Positions 37,938 through 47,109 of a stretch of 64,000 bases of DNA are shown in pieces; position 1 is the first letter of the stretch, and every line of letters starts with the position of its first letter. The DNA lies in assembly GCA_963796055.1 (NCBI GenBank), contig CAWCKH010000004.1:3456001-3520000 (forward strand), given 5' to 3'. Below the pieces are notes generated by a model. That model did not search any database. It was not told the origin of the DNA and worked only from the letters and a program-made list of their open reading frames with translations. Both the position numbers and the translations under genes were made by a program. The DNA comes from an uncultured delta proteobacterium (GTDB lineage: Bacteria; Myxococcota; Myxococcia; Myxococcales; Myxococcaceae).

Positions 37938-40614
37938 TCACGACCTCACCGGCGAGGAGGGGCTGGTGGCCGAGCCCGGGAGCGTCGTGCAGCCACCCAC
38001 GGTCCCGGGCCAGCCGGCCGGCGAGCAGCTGGACCGTCTCGCTCCGTTGCTGCAGGAGGGCCGGCAGGAAACCCGCGGGGGACGAGCGGGAACCGAGCAG
38101 CGACCTCGTGTCCACCGGGACCTCGTGCGGGGAACGCAGGGCTTCCATCACCCGGTCGCGCCAGCGCCCCGGGAGCAGCTCGAGGAGCACCTCCCGGGCG
38201 GCCTCGCGCCTCGCGGGACGGCCGGACCTGGTGGCATGGAACGCCTGTTCCAGCCGGCGATCGGGGAAGAGGAGGTCGAGCGTGCGAAACACCCGCTCCA
38301 GGGCGCGGGACTCCTTGTCCTGGAGCAGGTCGAGCAGCAGTCCACCCGCGGGATTTCCATCCCGGGCAATCCCGAGGCGCTCCCCGGTGAGGCGGAGGGT
38401 GCGGTCCCGGCGGGCCGCAGCGAGCTCGATCTCCAGTGCCCGGGCGAGACACTCCGCGTCCAGCGAGAGGTGAGGGTGCGCGTGTCTCAGCTGGTTGAGG
38501 GCACGCAGCGACCGGAACCGGTCGAGCCCGCCCCGCGGCTGCGCGATCCGCCCGAGGAGTGCGGGCGCCGCCTCCGCTGGTGGGAACTCGGCGAGCGCCG
38601 CGGGCAGCTCGCGGGCCAGCGGGAACGGCGTCCGGTCTCCGAGCAGCAGCGTCTCCAGCAGCTCGCGGGCCGGCGTCCCCATCGCCCGCAGTGCCCTCCG
38701 CGCTCCCGGCCGGAGGGTGGGATCGACGAGTAGTCCCACCGTCCGCGACACGAACCTCGTGGGCAGGCCGGTGAAGGCGTCGGCCGCACGGAGCAGCTCC
38801 TGCCGGATCTCCGGGTCACCCGACTGAAACATCCTGAGCGCAACCCGGAGCAGGTCCGGTCGGGGGGCGCTGGCGATGGCCCGGGCGAGCGCGCGGCGCT
38901 CCTCGAGCTCGCCCCGGCGGGCGATGAAGACCAGCGTTCCGCGGAAGAAGCGGTGCTCTCCCGCGAGCGCGACCAGAGCCGCCGCTCGGACCTCCGGCTT
39001 CGGATCGTCGAGGAGCGCGGCGAGCTCGAGCGCAGGCCTGCGGGCCCGGGTCCAGCATTCGGCAACCGCGGCGCGAACCTCCGGAGCGGGATGCCGTAGC
39101 AGCTGCGGGAGCATCGCCTCGGCGTCCGGTCGCCGGAGCGGAGCGAGCACGCGCAGTGCAGCGAGGACCACCGAAGGCTCGGGGTGGTTCAGCACGAGCG
39201 TTGGTACGAGATCGGCCCGTCCGACCCGTGACAGCAGCTCGAGAGAGGTGAGCACCTCGACCGTTCGTGTCGAGCCGAGCGCGGCCACCAGGATCTCCGC
39301 CGAGCCCAGGTCCAGCTGGCCCGGAACGGGGAGCTCCAGCCGTCCCGATCGGAGCTGCGCCTGGAAACGGGCCAAGTATCGGGAGCGGAGCGCGCGTGAG
39401 GCCAGGACCCAGAGGAGCGCGACGGTCGCGAGCAGCGTGGTGACGATCTGCAGCTTGGCTGTCGCTGGAACCCAGCCGGTCACGAGCAGGACGACGGACG
39501 CGGCCGCCTGTCCCCCCCGTTGCCCGACGACGTCGATCGACGGCTTGATGAGCCGCCGTTCCGCGGTGGCCACCGGGATGTACAGCAGCTCGGTGCCGAC
39601 CCGGTGGATGGACGGGCGGACGCCGCCGTCCAGCATCTTGAGGAGGAAGAGAAGCACCATGCTTCCGACCAACGCGAACCCGGCAGTACTGGCGAGCACC
39701 AGGGCGGGGAGCAGTGCCAGGCTGCGGGTGACGCCCGCTCGTCGGAGCAGGACGCGCACCAGGAGGAGCTCCGCGACGAGCGCCAGGAGGCTCTGACCCA
39801 GCTGGACGTTCGCGATCAGCTGCGGGATACGAGCCGGGGCGCTGCCGGCCACGAGCGCGGCCTTGAACAGGTAGTCGAGCAGCGTGGCGCTCGCGGCGGT
39901 CAGCAGCGTGAGCCCTGCCAGCAGCCGGAGATAGGGATCCTCCCGGAGGGCCGCGGGGACCGCCCTGTTGACGGCGGCCGCGGGCTCGGTCGGGGAGCCC
40001 GTGCCGACCTTCGGTACGGCCACGACGGCGAGGAGCATGGCCGCGAATGTGAGGCCGGCGGACGCGGGGAGCAGCAGGACGGGCGCGGAGGTCTGGAGAA
40101 GAAGCCGAGCGCCTGCGCTTCCCGCCACCGCGCCGAGCAGTCCGCCGGCCGCGATGAACCCGAAGGTCCGCTTGGCGTCACCCAGCGCAAAGGCTTCGTC
40201 GGCGGTGAGCCAGAACTGGACGAAGACCAGTGAGGAGAAGAGGGCGGTCCAGACGTAGAAGGCCACGACGGCGCCCCGTTGACCCGTCGCCAGCCAGAAG
40301 ATCAGCGTGATGATCCCTGTGCCGAGGAGCGTGATGGGAAGCGCACCGCGGTGCCCGGTGGACCACAGGAGGCGCTGGAGCGGGGTGAGCGCCACCACCG
40401 TGGCGGTCACTGCGAGGAAGACGAACGGAAGGCGGCTGATCGGTTGCTGGGTCAGGAAGAGGCTGTCGCGCGCCGTCTCCAGCAGCGTGTGGGCAGCGAC
40501 CAGAAAGCAGAGGAGCGCGGCGAACGGCAGGGCCCGCCGGAGGGCGATACCGCCGGTCGTTCCCGGCTCGACCCGGGGCTGGAGCGGCGCGAGGAGGCGA
40601 TCCTTGCCAGACAT
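37930..40614 (-). CDS. NTT/Npt (TLC ATP/ADP translocase) family transporter fused to HEAT repeats
   Basis: ETARDSLFL, QFW, AKRTFGFIAAGG, DYLFK, ELLYIP, K..ID..R.G; C-terminal PEVRAA repeats. Confidence 0.88.
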   Translation of the reverse strand: MSGKDRLLAPLQPRVEPGTTGGIALRRALPFAALLCFLVAAHTLLETARDSLFLTQQPISRLPFVFLAVTATVVALTPLQRLLWSTGHRGALPITLLGTGIITLIFWLATGQRGAVVAFYVWTALFSSLVFVQFWLTADEAFALGDAKRTFGFIAAGGLLGAVAGSAGARLLLQTSAPVLLLPASAGLTFAAMLLAVVAVPKVGTGSPTEPAAAVNRAVPAALREDPYLRLLAGLTLLTAASATLLDYLFKAALVAGSAPARIPQLIANVQLGQSLLALVAELLLVRVLLRRAGVTRSLALLPALVLASTAGFALVGSMVLLFLLKMLDGGVRPSIHRVGTELLYIPVATAERRLIKPSIDVVGQRGGQAAASVVLLVTGWVPATAKLQIVTTLLATVALLWVLASRALRSRYLARFQAQLRSGRLELPVPGQLDLGSAEILVAALGSTRTVEVLTSLELLSRVGRADLVPTLVLNHPEPSVVLAALRVLAPLRRPDAEAMLPQLLRHPAPEVRAAVAECWTRARRPALELAALLDDPKPEVRAAALVALAGEHRFFRGTLVFIARRGELEERRALARAIASAPRPDLLRVALRMFQSGDPEIRQELLRAADAFTGLPTRFVSRTVGLLVDPTLRPGARRALRAMGTPARELLETLLLGDRTPFPLARELPAALAEFPPAEAAPALLGRIAQPRGGLDRFRSLRALNQLRHAHPHLSLDAECLARALEIELAAARRDRTLRLTGERLGIARDGNPAGGLLLDLLQDKESRALERVFRTLDLLFPDRRLEQAFHATRSGRPARREAAREVLLELLPGRWRDRVMEALRSPHEVPVDTRSLLGSRSSPAGFLPALLQQRSETVQLLAGRLARDRGWLHDAPGLGHQPLLAGEVVND

Positions 40615-40631
40615 GGAGGCCTGCGGAGCCC

Positions 40632-41249
40632 TCAGGCAGCGGGCCTGACGAGTTCGGTGCGGAGCCGGGATCGCGCTCTCGAGAGACGGACTCGCCGGGC
40701 GAGATTGGTGATCTTCAAGGTCTCTCTCGTCTCCGCGGGGCTGTAGCCCCCCAGCTCGAGAAGAACGACGGACCGTTGGGTGGCAGGAAGCGCCCGCACC
40801 GCGGCGTTCAGCGCGCAGCTCTGCTCCCGGGCGAGCACCACGCGTTCCGCGGTCGCCTCGGTCACAGGCTCCGGGAAGGGCTGGCTCGCGGATGGCGCTG
40901 TCGGCAGGTTCGGCGCGTTCGGCTGCTGGGGGAGGCTGGAGAGCGGGAGGACACGGGACTCCTTCCGTCGGCAGTCTCTTGCTCGATTGATGACGATCCC
41001 CGTCAGCCAGGTCAGGAGACTCGCGCGGCCCTCGAACCGGTCTAAGCGCGTGAGCGCCACGAGCCAGGTGTCCTGGACCGCGTCCTCGGCGAGCGCGCGG
41101 TCGTGCAAGATCTCGAACGCTTGCCGGAGCAGCCGCCCGTGATAGCGCCGGACCAGCTCGGTCTGTGCCGCTCGATCGCCTGCGCGAAGGCGCTCGACGA
41201 GCTGGAGCTCCGGAGCAGCGGTGGAGGGTCTCTGGAAGCGGGGCGACAT
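40632..41249 (-). CDS. ECF-type RNA polymerase sigma factor
   Basis: AEDAVQDTW, FEGRASLLTWL..I..N, LPATQRSVV, RLSRAR; AAGGAG RBS. Confidence 0.88.
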   Translation of the reverse strand: MSPRFQRPSTAAPELQLVERLRAGDRAAQTELVRRYHGRLLRQAFEILHDRALAEDAVQDTWLVALTRLDRFEGRASLLTWLTGIVINRARDCRRKESRVLPLSSLPQQPNAPNLPTAPSASQPFPEPVTEATAERVVLAREQSCALNAAVRALPATQRSVVLLELGGYSPAETRETLKITNLARRVRLSRARSRLRTELVRPAA

Positions 41250-41298
41250 CGTCATCTCCTTCGGACTGCAGCGTGCGTCTCTTGAAACCGGATACATC

Positions 41299-41312
41299 TA
41301 ACTAGTTAGTTA
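41299..41312. promoter_or_regulatory. TetR-type operator candidate TAACTAGTTAGTTA
   Basis: AT-rich motif repeated at 42339 and 49623. Confidence 0.75.
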
Positions 41313-41470
41313 CAACGAGCTCTTATGTACTGGTCTGGCAGGCCGGCGTCAAGTCCTCCTGCAGAGGGCCTTTTTTCAGCCAGTTACAGGGCCTGGTGGG
41401 GAGCCGGAACCGGTGGGTCCTCGACCAGCGACGTCCGCGGGTGGGGGCGCGCGAGGAGCCGCGCGTACGC

Positions 41471-42307
41471 TCACCCCGTCAGCGGATCCCCAGCGACTTC
41501 ATCGAAGCCCTGGAGGTCGAGGCGCGTCCTCGGCCCGTACAGTTCCGTGACCCGGTTCACGAAGCGCCGGCCGAAGAGGATGTCATGGGTGGTGTACCGA
41601 TGGCCCGCCTGGACGAGCTGCCCGGTGGGGCCGTCGATGCCCACCACCGTGGCGAAGAGCTCCGCTCCGCTGGCCCGCAGGGAAGCAGGGGTGGCGCCGT
41701 GCAGGGGGCTGGAGGCATTCATGCTGTGAGTCATCGTCAGCTCGCCCGCGGAGAGCGGCGAGAGTTCGCGGGTCAGCGCGAGGTCGCGCATCCGGTGAAG
41801 CGTCTGGCCCTCGGCATCGCGCTCGGTCCGGATCAGGGTGAGACGGACGAGGGCCCCGGCGATGGAGCTCCATTGCTCGCTCCTGACCCGAACCATGAGG
41901 GTGGGCACCCCCTCCAGCGGGGTCACCACTGCGACCCGGCCGAACGCCACGTGGGGGTGGACCGCCGAGGCCCGCGCGAAGACCAGACCCGTGCCCATGA
42001 CGGTCAATATCGGTGCCAGCGCGGCCTCGATGGTCACGATCAGATTCGCGAGCAGCGACACCGGATGCATCTCGCCGTAGCCGAGGGTGGCCAGCGTCTG
42101 TACGCTGAAGAAGAAGGCGTCGGGGAACGAGCCCGGTCGGGCGTGCGCGATCCCTCCCACGGCGAGGTACACCACGGCAAAGACCAGGTTCACCGCCAGG
42201 AACAGCCCGGCGATGACCGCCAGCACGACCCCCAGGGGTGCCGAGAGGAGGCGGCGATAGCCGTTCCCGAGGACCGACGACTGCCGGGTGGGCGGGTGAA
42301 TTCTCAT
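41471..42307 (-). CDS. inward-rectifier (KirBac-like) K+ channel
   Basis: AFFFSVQTLATLGYG filter, 2 TM, GVPTLMVR cytoplasmic domain. Confidence 0.88.
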   Translation of the reverse strand: MRIHPPTRQSSVLGNGYRRLLSAPLGVVLAVIAGLFLAVNLVFAVVYLAVGGIAHARPGSFPDAFFFSVQTLATLGYGEMHPVSLLANLIVTIEAALAPILTVMGTGLVFARASAVHPHVAFGRVAVVTPLEGVPTLMVRVRSEQWSSIAGALVRLTLIRTERDAEGQTLHRMRDLALTRELSPLSAGELTMTHSMNASSPLHGATPASLRASGAELFATVVGIDGPTGQLVQAGHRYTTHDILFGRRFVNRVTELYGPRTRLDLQGFDEVAGDPLTG

Positions 42308-42338
42308 CGGCCGAGGGACTCCTGGACGCCAGTACAAC

Positions 42339-42352
42339 AAACTAGTTAGTTA
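42339..42352. promoter_or_regulatory. TetR-type operator candidate AAACTAGTTAGTTA
   Basis: 13/14 match to the other copies; TTGAC on - strand just upstream. Confidence 0.75.
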
Positions 42353-42464
42353 CATAGAGTCTCGAAGTCAAGCCCGGCTGTCGGCTGGCGGAGGGACGCT
42401 TCAGTCAGCCCGGGTGAGCGCGGCCGCGGAGCCCCGCCAAGGGGAAAGGGCGCTCTCCGGGGGG

Positions 42465-43115
42465 TCATGCCGTGCGCCGCTCGGGCGCGTTGTCCGGCTC
42501 CAGGAGGATGCGGCAGGCGTAGTCGACGAAGTGTTCGTCGGTGTAGTGCAGGCCGCTCCGCTCCCGGGCCAGAGTCATCACGGAGTGCTGGAGCGGGTAT
42601 CCGAGGCCCAGCGAGACCAGCGTCGAACGGAACAGCTCGGGATCCGTCGTGGCGCGCAGCTCCCCTGCCGCGCGTCCTCGCCGGACCAGCTCCGAGATGA
42701 GCTGGAGCAGAGGACCGGAGCTGTCGAGGATGATGTCGCGACCGCTCCGACCGTTGGAGAGAAGATCCCAGGGGAGGAGGCGTGAGAATTGCCGGTCCTT
42801 GATGAGCAGTCGGAAGAACCGCCGGACGATCTCTTCCAGCGCTCGACGCGGGCTCAGTTCCGCGGCGAATGCCTCGGCAAAGGAGGGGTCAGCGAACTCT
42901 CCGAACCGAGAGGAGAGGACGGCGCGGTAGAGCCCCCTCTTGTCTCCGTAGTAGGCGTAGATCAGCGCCTTGTTCGCACGGGCACGCGCGGCGATCTCGT
43001 CCACGCGCGCTCCGGCGAAGCCTTTCTCGGCAAACACCAAGGTCGCCGCGTCCAGGAGTACCTCGCGCGTTGCAGCTGCGTCCCTGGGGCGTGCGCTCTT
43101 GCGGTGTGTTGCCAT
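42465..43115 (-). CDS. TetR/AcrR family regulator, paralog A
   Basis: FAEKGFAGARVDEIA..NKALIYAYYGDK; 216 aa (alternative start 43121). Confidence 0.92.
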   Translation of the reverse strand: MATHRKSARPRDAAATREVLLDAATLVFAEKGFAGARVDEIAARARANKALIYAYYGDKRGLYRAVLSSRFGEFADPSFAEAFAAELSPRRALEEIVRRFFRLLIKDRQFSRLLPWDLLSNGRSGRDIILDSSGPLLQLISELVRRGRAAGELRATTDPELFRSTLVSLGLGYPLQHSVMTLARERSGLHYTDEHFVDYACRILLEPDNAPERRTA

Positions 43116-43117
43116 CG

Positions 43118-43450
43118 TCATGCCGCCGCGAGCCCGTGGTCGCTCGCAGCCGGGTCGTCGACGAGTCGCAGGGACGCGGTCTGCCGCATCCGCTCGATCG
43201 CCGCGCGGTACTCCTCCAGGGCCAGCACCATCGCCCACTGCCCTTCGCGGGACAGCTCGTACTGTGCTCCCACCCGTCGGACGAGACCGAGGGCGGTGAG
43301 GCGGTCGATCGTCGCCAGCGCAACCCTTCGATCGAAGGTCGGACCTCCGGCGATGGCCAGCGCCCTTCGGGCCAGCTCCGGTCTGGAGAGCGGCCGCGGC
43401 GGCAACTCGGAGAGCAGGGCGAGATCGGAAAGCGAGAGAATCGTACGCAT
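43118..43450 (-). CDS. small winged-helix (PadR-like) protein
   Basis: RL..LGLV..YELSREG pattern; fills the gap between RND and TetR. Confidence 0.6.
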   Translation of the reverse strand: MRTILSLSDLALLSELPPRPLSRPELARRALAIAGGPTFDRRVALATIDRLTALGLVRRVGAQYELSREGQWAMVLALEEYRAAIERMRQTASLRLVDDPAASDHGLAAA

Positions 43451-43482
43451 GGGCAGCACTCCAGTCACGGCGTTGCCTGATC

Positions 43483-46400
43483 TCAGGCCGCAGCCATCGG
43501 GCCACTGCTCGGGTCGAGCCTGGTGGGGGGAGCGGGAGTCGGTGCGGGAGCCGGCTCGGCGGTCTCCTTCTTCCAGGGGACGATTTTGAGATCCCGGACG
43601 AACACCGTGTACATGAGCGGCACGAGCACCAGGGTGATGACCGTGGCGATGCTCAGGCCACCGATCTGGGCGTAGCAGAGCGGCTCCCAGAGAGGTCCGC
43701 CGTGCATCGCCAGAGGGATCAGGCCCAGCACGGTGGCGCCCACGGTGATCATCACCGGCCGGAGCCGCACGATGCCGGCCTCGATGAGCGCGTCCTCCAG
43801 ATCGCGGCCGTGATGGTGCGCCTCCTCGATGAAGTCGAAGAGCACGATGACGTGGCTGACGATGACCCCGATGAGGCTGGCCACGCCCAGGAAGGCCATG
43901 AAGCCGAAGGGCTGGTGCATGATCGCCAGCATCGCCAGGGCGCCGCACATTCCGTAGGGGATCGCCCCGAACACCAGGAGGGGCTTCACCGCGCTGTCGA
44001 ACTGGAAGACCAGCGCGAAGTAGATCAGGGCCATGGAGATGATCATGACCAGCGACATCTCCGCGAAGCCCTTGACCTGCTCGTCGTACTCGCCGCCGAT
44101 CTCGATGCGGTAGCCGGGAGGGAGGGCGGCGGTGATTGTGTCGATCGTCGGGCGTGCGGCGTTCAGGACCTCGGACGGGAGATGATCGGGGAGCGGGTAC
44201 GCGGAGACGGTGATCGTCCGCACCTGGTTCCGCCGCTGGATCTTGGAGGGGGACAGCTCGCGCCCGATCCGGGCGACCTGGCGCAGTGGAACGCTCTGCG
44301 CGGTGCTGGCCGAGAACACGTAGGCATTGGCGAGGTCTGCCAGGCGAGCCCGGTCCTCGAGGCGGAGCCGCGGCACGATGGGGATCTGGCGATCACCCTC
44401 CCGGTAATGGCCCACCGGAGTTCCGGAGATGGCCGTCTGGGTGGAGAGGGCCACGTCGAGTCGGCTGACGCCCGAGAGATTCGCCCGGTCGTCGTCGATC
44501 GCGATGTGGGTCCTCAGGCCCGGAGGGCCCCAGTTGTCGCGGACCCGGGCGGCGAGGGGAGCTGCCCGGAGGGCGTCGGCCACCTGGCCGGAGATCTTCC
44601 GCAGCGTGTCGATGTCCTCTCCGGAGACCCGGATGGAGACCGGGATCCCCACCGGCTTGCCGGTCTCGAGCTGCCGGACGTCGATCCGGGCCCCCGGGAC
44701 CCGGGCGGTGAGCGCCGTCTGGATCGGGCCGACGAGCTCCTTGGTGAGGTGCTTGTCCGTCACCTCGACGATGATCTGCGCGTAGTTGATCTGCTGCTGC
44801 TCCGGCTCGATGGAGAACCAGAACCGCGGGCCGGCCCCACCGACGAAGCTGGTGAGGCTGCGGAGGACGTTGGGGTGCTTGTGGTGCTTGCCGAACTCGT
44901 CGGCCACCTCGCGGATGACGCGCTCGGCCTCGACCGTGGCCTGGTTGGTGGCCGAGAGGGTGGCGTCCTCCGGCGTCCAGACGTCGATGTAGGAGAGATA
45001 CGAGAGGTCCTTGGGGAAGAACTGCGTCTTCGCCTGGTACATGAGGACGCCGCCCCCGGCGAGGACGAGCGTGGAGGCACCGAGCACCGCCCATCGCCGG
45101 CGGATCGCCGCCGAGACCATGCGCGAGTACCAGCCGGTGAAGCCTCTCCGACGGCGCTCCTCGATGGGCGTCTCCGGTTTGGCCGGCTTCATGAGACCGA
45201 AGGCGATGAGGGGGATGAAGCTGAAGGAGACGATGAACGCCGCGACCAGGGTCGTGGTCATCACGATGGGAAGGCTGTGCAGGAACCGGCCCGTGTCTCC
45301 GGTGAGCATGAGGAACGGCAGGTAGGCCACGATGTTGGTGAGGGTGGCGAAGAAGATCGCCCGCGCCAGCCGGGTCGGGCCGATCCACGCGGCGACGCCC
45401 TTGGGCTGCCCCTCCGCGAGCTCTCGGGCGATCGCGTCTCCCGCGACCACCGGCATGTCGACCAGCAGCCCGAGGGCGATGATCAGGGTGGCGATCGACA
45501 CCTGCTGGATGTCGACGCCCAGCATCAGCATGGCCGCGAAGCCGAGGGCCAGGCTGAGGGGGATGGAGGTGGCGATGAGGAGCGCGGAGCGCCAGCTCCA
45601 GAAGCCGAGCAGGGAGACGATGACCACCAGGAAGATCGCCTCGTAGAGGCTGGTCATGAACAGCGAGACGTTCTCCGCCACCTGCCGTGGCTGATCGCTG
45701 GTCCGGGCCATGATCAGGTCGGGGGGGAGCTTCCGGCGCAGGTGCTCGAGCATGCCGTCCACCGCCACGGCGAAATCGCCGACCTGCTTCCCGGAACGCA
45801 TCATCAGCGCCAGGGTGACTGCGCGGTTCCTCTGCCACTGCCCGTGCCCGTCGGGGGCGTAGAGGTAATTCAGGAAGCGCGGTGGGCTGTCGTAGCCGCG
45901 TGAGAGCGAGGCGACGTCCCGGAGGTAGACCGGCGTGCCACCGGCGCTGCTGCCGATGAGCATGTTCTCCATGTTCCGGAAGCTCTCGTCACGGACGTTG
46001 GGGTCGAGGACCACGTGGCGGTCGTTCACGTCGAAGATGCCGCCGGGCAGGGTCATGTTCCGGCTGGCCACCGCCTGGGCGATCTGCGACGGCTGCATCC
46101 TGGAGGACGCCAGCCGCTGCTGGTCGTAGTCGATGAAGATCTGCTCCCCCAGGACACCACTGCGGGACACCTTGGAGACGATGGGGACGCTCATCATCAC
46201 CCGCTCGATCTCGTGCGTGAAGTCGTCGATCTGCCGGTAGCTGTAGAGGTCGCCGGCCACCTCGGCGAGGCGGTCCGGGGCCTCGGCGGGGTTCCGGATG
46301 AACGCCGGGCGCCACGCATCCGGGTGCAGGTCCGGGTTTCCGAGCCTCTCGCGGAGGAAGTTGTCGGTGTACTCGCGGAGCTGCGCCTCGGTCCGGTCGG

Positions 46401-47109
46401 TCACCAGATCGAGCCCGGAGCAGCCCGCCGCGGACACCGGGTGCGCCTCACGGGCCACGCCATCGTGCATCGCCTGGCCGGCGAAGAGCGACAGGGGCCG
46501 CTCGACCGTCGAGGTCGGCACTGTCGAGGGGAAGCAGAACATGGCGGTGAGCCGCCCCTCGGCGGGCGCGCCTCCGCGCACCTGGTCGATGGCCTTCTGG
46601 ACGGCGAGCCCCCGGATGCGGACCTCGGTCGGCCCCACCTTGGGACTGGCCACGGTCAGCATCAGCGTCGCCGTGTCGCCGAAGTCGCTGACCCAGTTCA
46701 CCGGGCCGGCGCCGGGCGGCAGACCGGAGATGTTCGTCACCCGGTTGCCGATGTCAGCGAACTGCTCCACGGTGTCGGCGATGTCGTCGTGCAGGTGCAC
46801 CAGCACCACCGCGACGCCATCGCGGGTGGTGGTCTCGATCTTCTTGACCTTGGAGTTCCCGGCGGCGGCCTCCTCGATCTTCCGGGTGACGAGCTCCTCC
46901 ACCCGGTCCGCCGGGACGCCCGGCCAGGGACAGACCGCCAGCGCGATCCGCACCGGGATGTCCGGGTCCTTTCGCTTCGGCATCCGCTTGTATCCGGCGA
47001 CACCCGCGGCGATGGAGAGGACCAGGAGGGCCCAGGCGACCTGTCGATGCTGAACGAAGAAGCGGGCCAGATTGAAGCCCTTCATCTGCGACGGATTCAC
47101 GTCGTTCAT
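43483..47109 (-). CDS. RND efflux permease (AcrB/AcrD/AcrF family), 1208 aa
   Basis: SIPLS, LGLLVD, RLRPVMIT, LGLIPLA; twelve-TM layout. Confidence 0.93.
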   Translation of the reverse strand: MNDVNPSQMKGFNLARFFVQHRQVAWALLVLSIAAGVAGYKRMPKRKDPDIPVRIALAVCPWPGVPADRVEELVTRKIEEAAAGNSKVKKIETTTRDGVAVVLVHLHDDIADTVEQFADIGNRVTNISGLPPGAGPVNWVSDFGDTATLMLTVASPKVGPTEVRIRGLAVQKAIDQVRGGAPAEGRLTAMFCFPSTVPTSTVERPLSLFAGQAMHDGVAREAHPVSAAGCSGLDLVTDRTEAQLREYTDNFLRERLGNPDLHPDAWRPAFIRNPAEAPDRLAEVAGDLYSYRQIDDFTHEIERVMMSVPIVSKVSRSGVLGEQIFIDYDQQRLASSRMQPSQIAQAVASRNMTLPGGIFDVNDRHVVLDPNVRDESFRNMENMLIGSSAGGTPVYLRDVASLSRGYDSPPRFLNYLYAPDGHGQWQRNRAVTLALMMRSGKQVGDFAVAVDGMLEHLRRKLPPDLIMARTSDQPRQVAENVSLFMTSLYEAIFLVVIVSLLGFWSWRSALLIATSIPLSLALGFAAMLMLGVDIQQVSIATLIIALGLLVDMPVVAGDAIARELAEGQPKGVAAWIGPTRLARAIFFATLTNIVAYLPFLMLTGDTGRFLHSLPIVMTTTLVAAFIVSFSFIPLIAFGLMKPAKPETPIEERRRRGFTGWYSRMVSAAIRRRWAVLGASTLVLAGGGVLMYQAKTQFFPKDLSYLSYIDVWTPEDATLSATNQATVEAERVIREVADEFGKHHKHPNVLRSLTSFVGGAGPRFWFSIEPEQQQINYAQIIVEVTDKHLTKELVGPIQTALTARVPGARIDVRQLETGKPVGIPVSIRVSGEDIDTLRKISGQVADALRAAPLAARVRDNWGPPGLRTHIAIDDDRANLSGVSRLDVALSTQTAISGTPVGHYREGDRQIPIVPRLRLEDRARLADLANAYVFSASTAQSVPLRQVARIGRELSPSKIQRRNQVRTITVSAYPLPDHLPSEVLNAARPTIDTITAALPPGYRIEIGGEYDEQVKGFAEMSLVMIISMALIYFALVFQFDSAVKPLLVFGAIPYGMCGALAMLAIMHQPFGFMAFLGVASLIGVIVSHVIVLFDFIEEAHHHGRDLEDALIEAGIVRLRPVMITVGATVLGLIPLAMHGGPLWEPLCYAQIGGLSIATVITLVLVPLMYTVFVRDLKIVPWKKETAEPAPAPTPAPPTRLDPSSGPMAAA

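Noticed and set aside
41353..41377. Hairpin plus T-run resembling an intrinsic terminator
   Set aside because: Weak stem, and on the + strand while flanking genes are on the - strand
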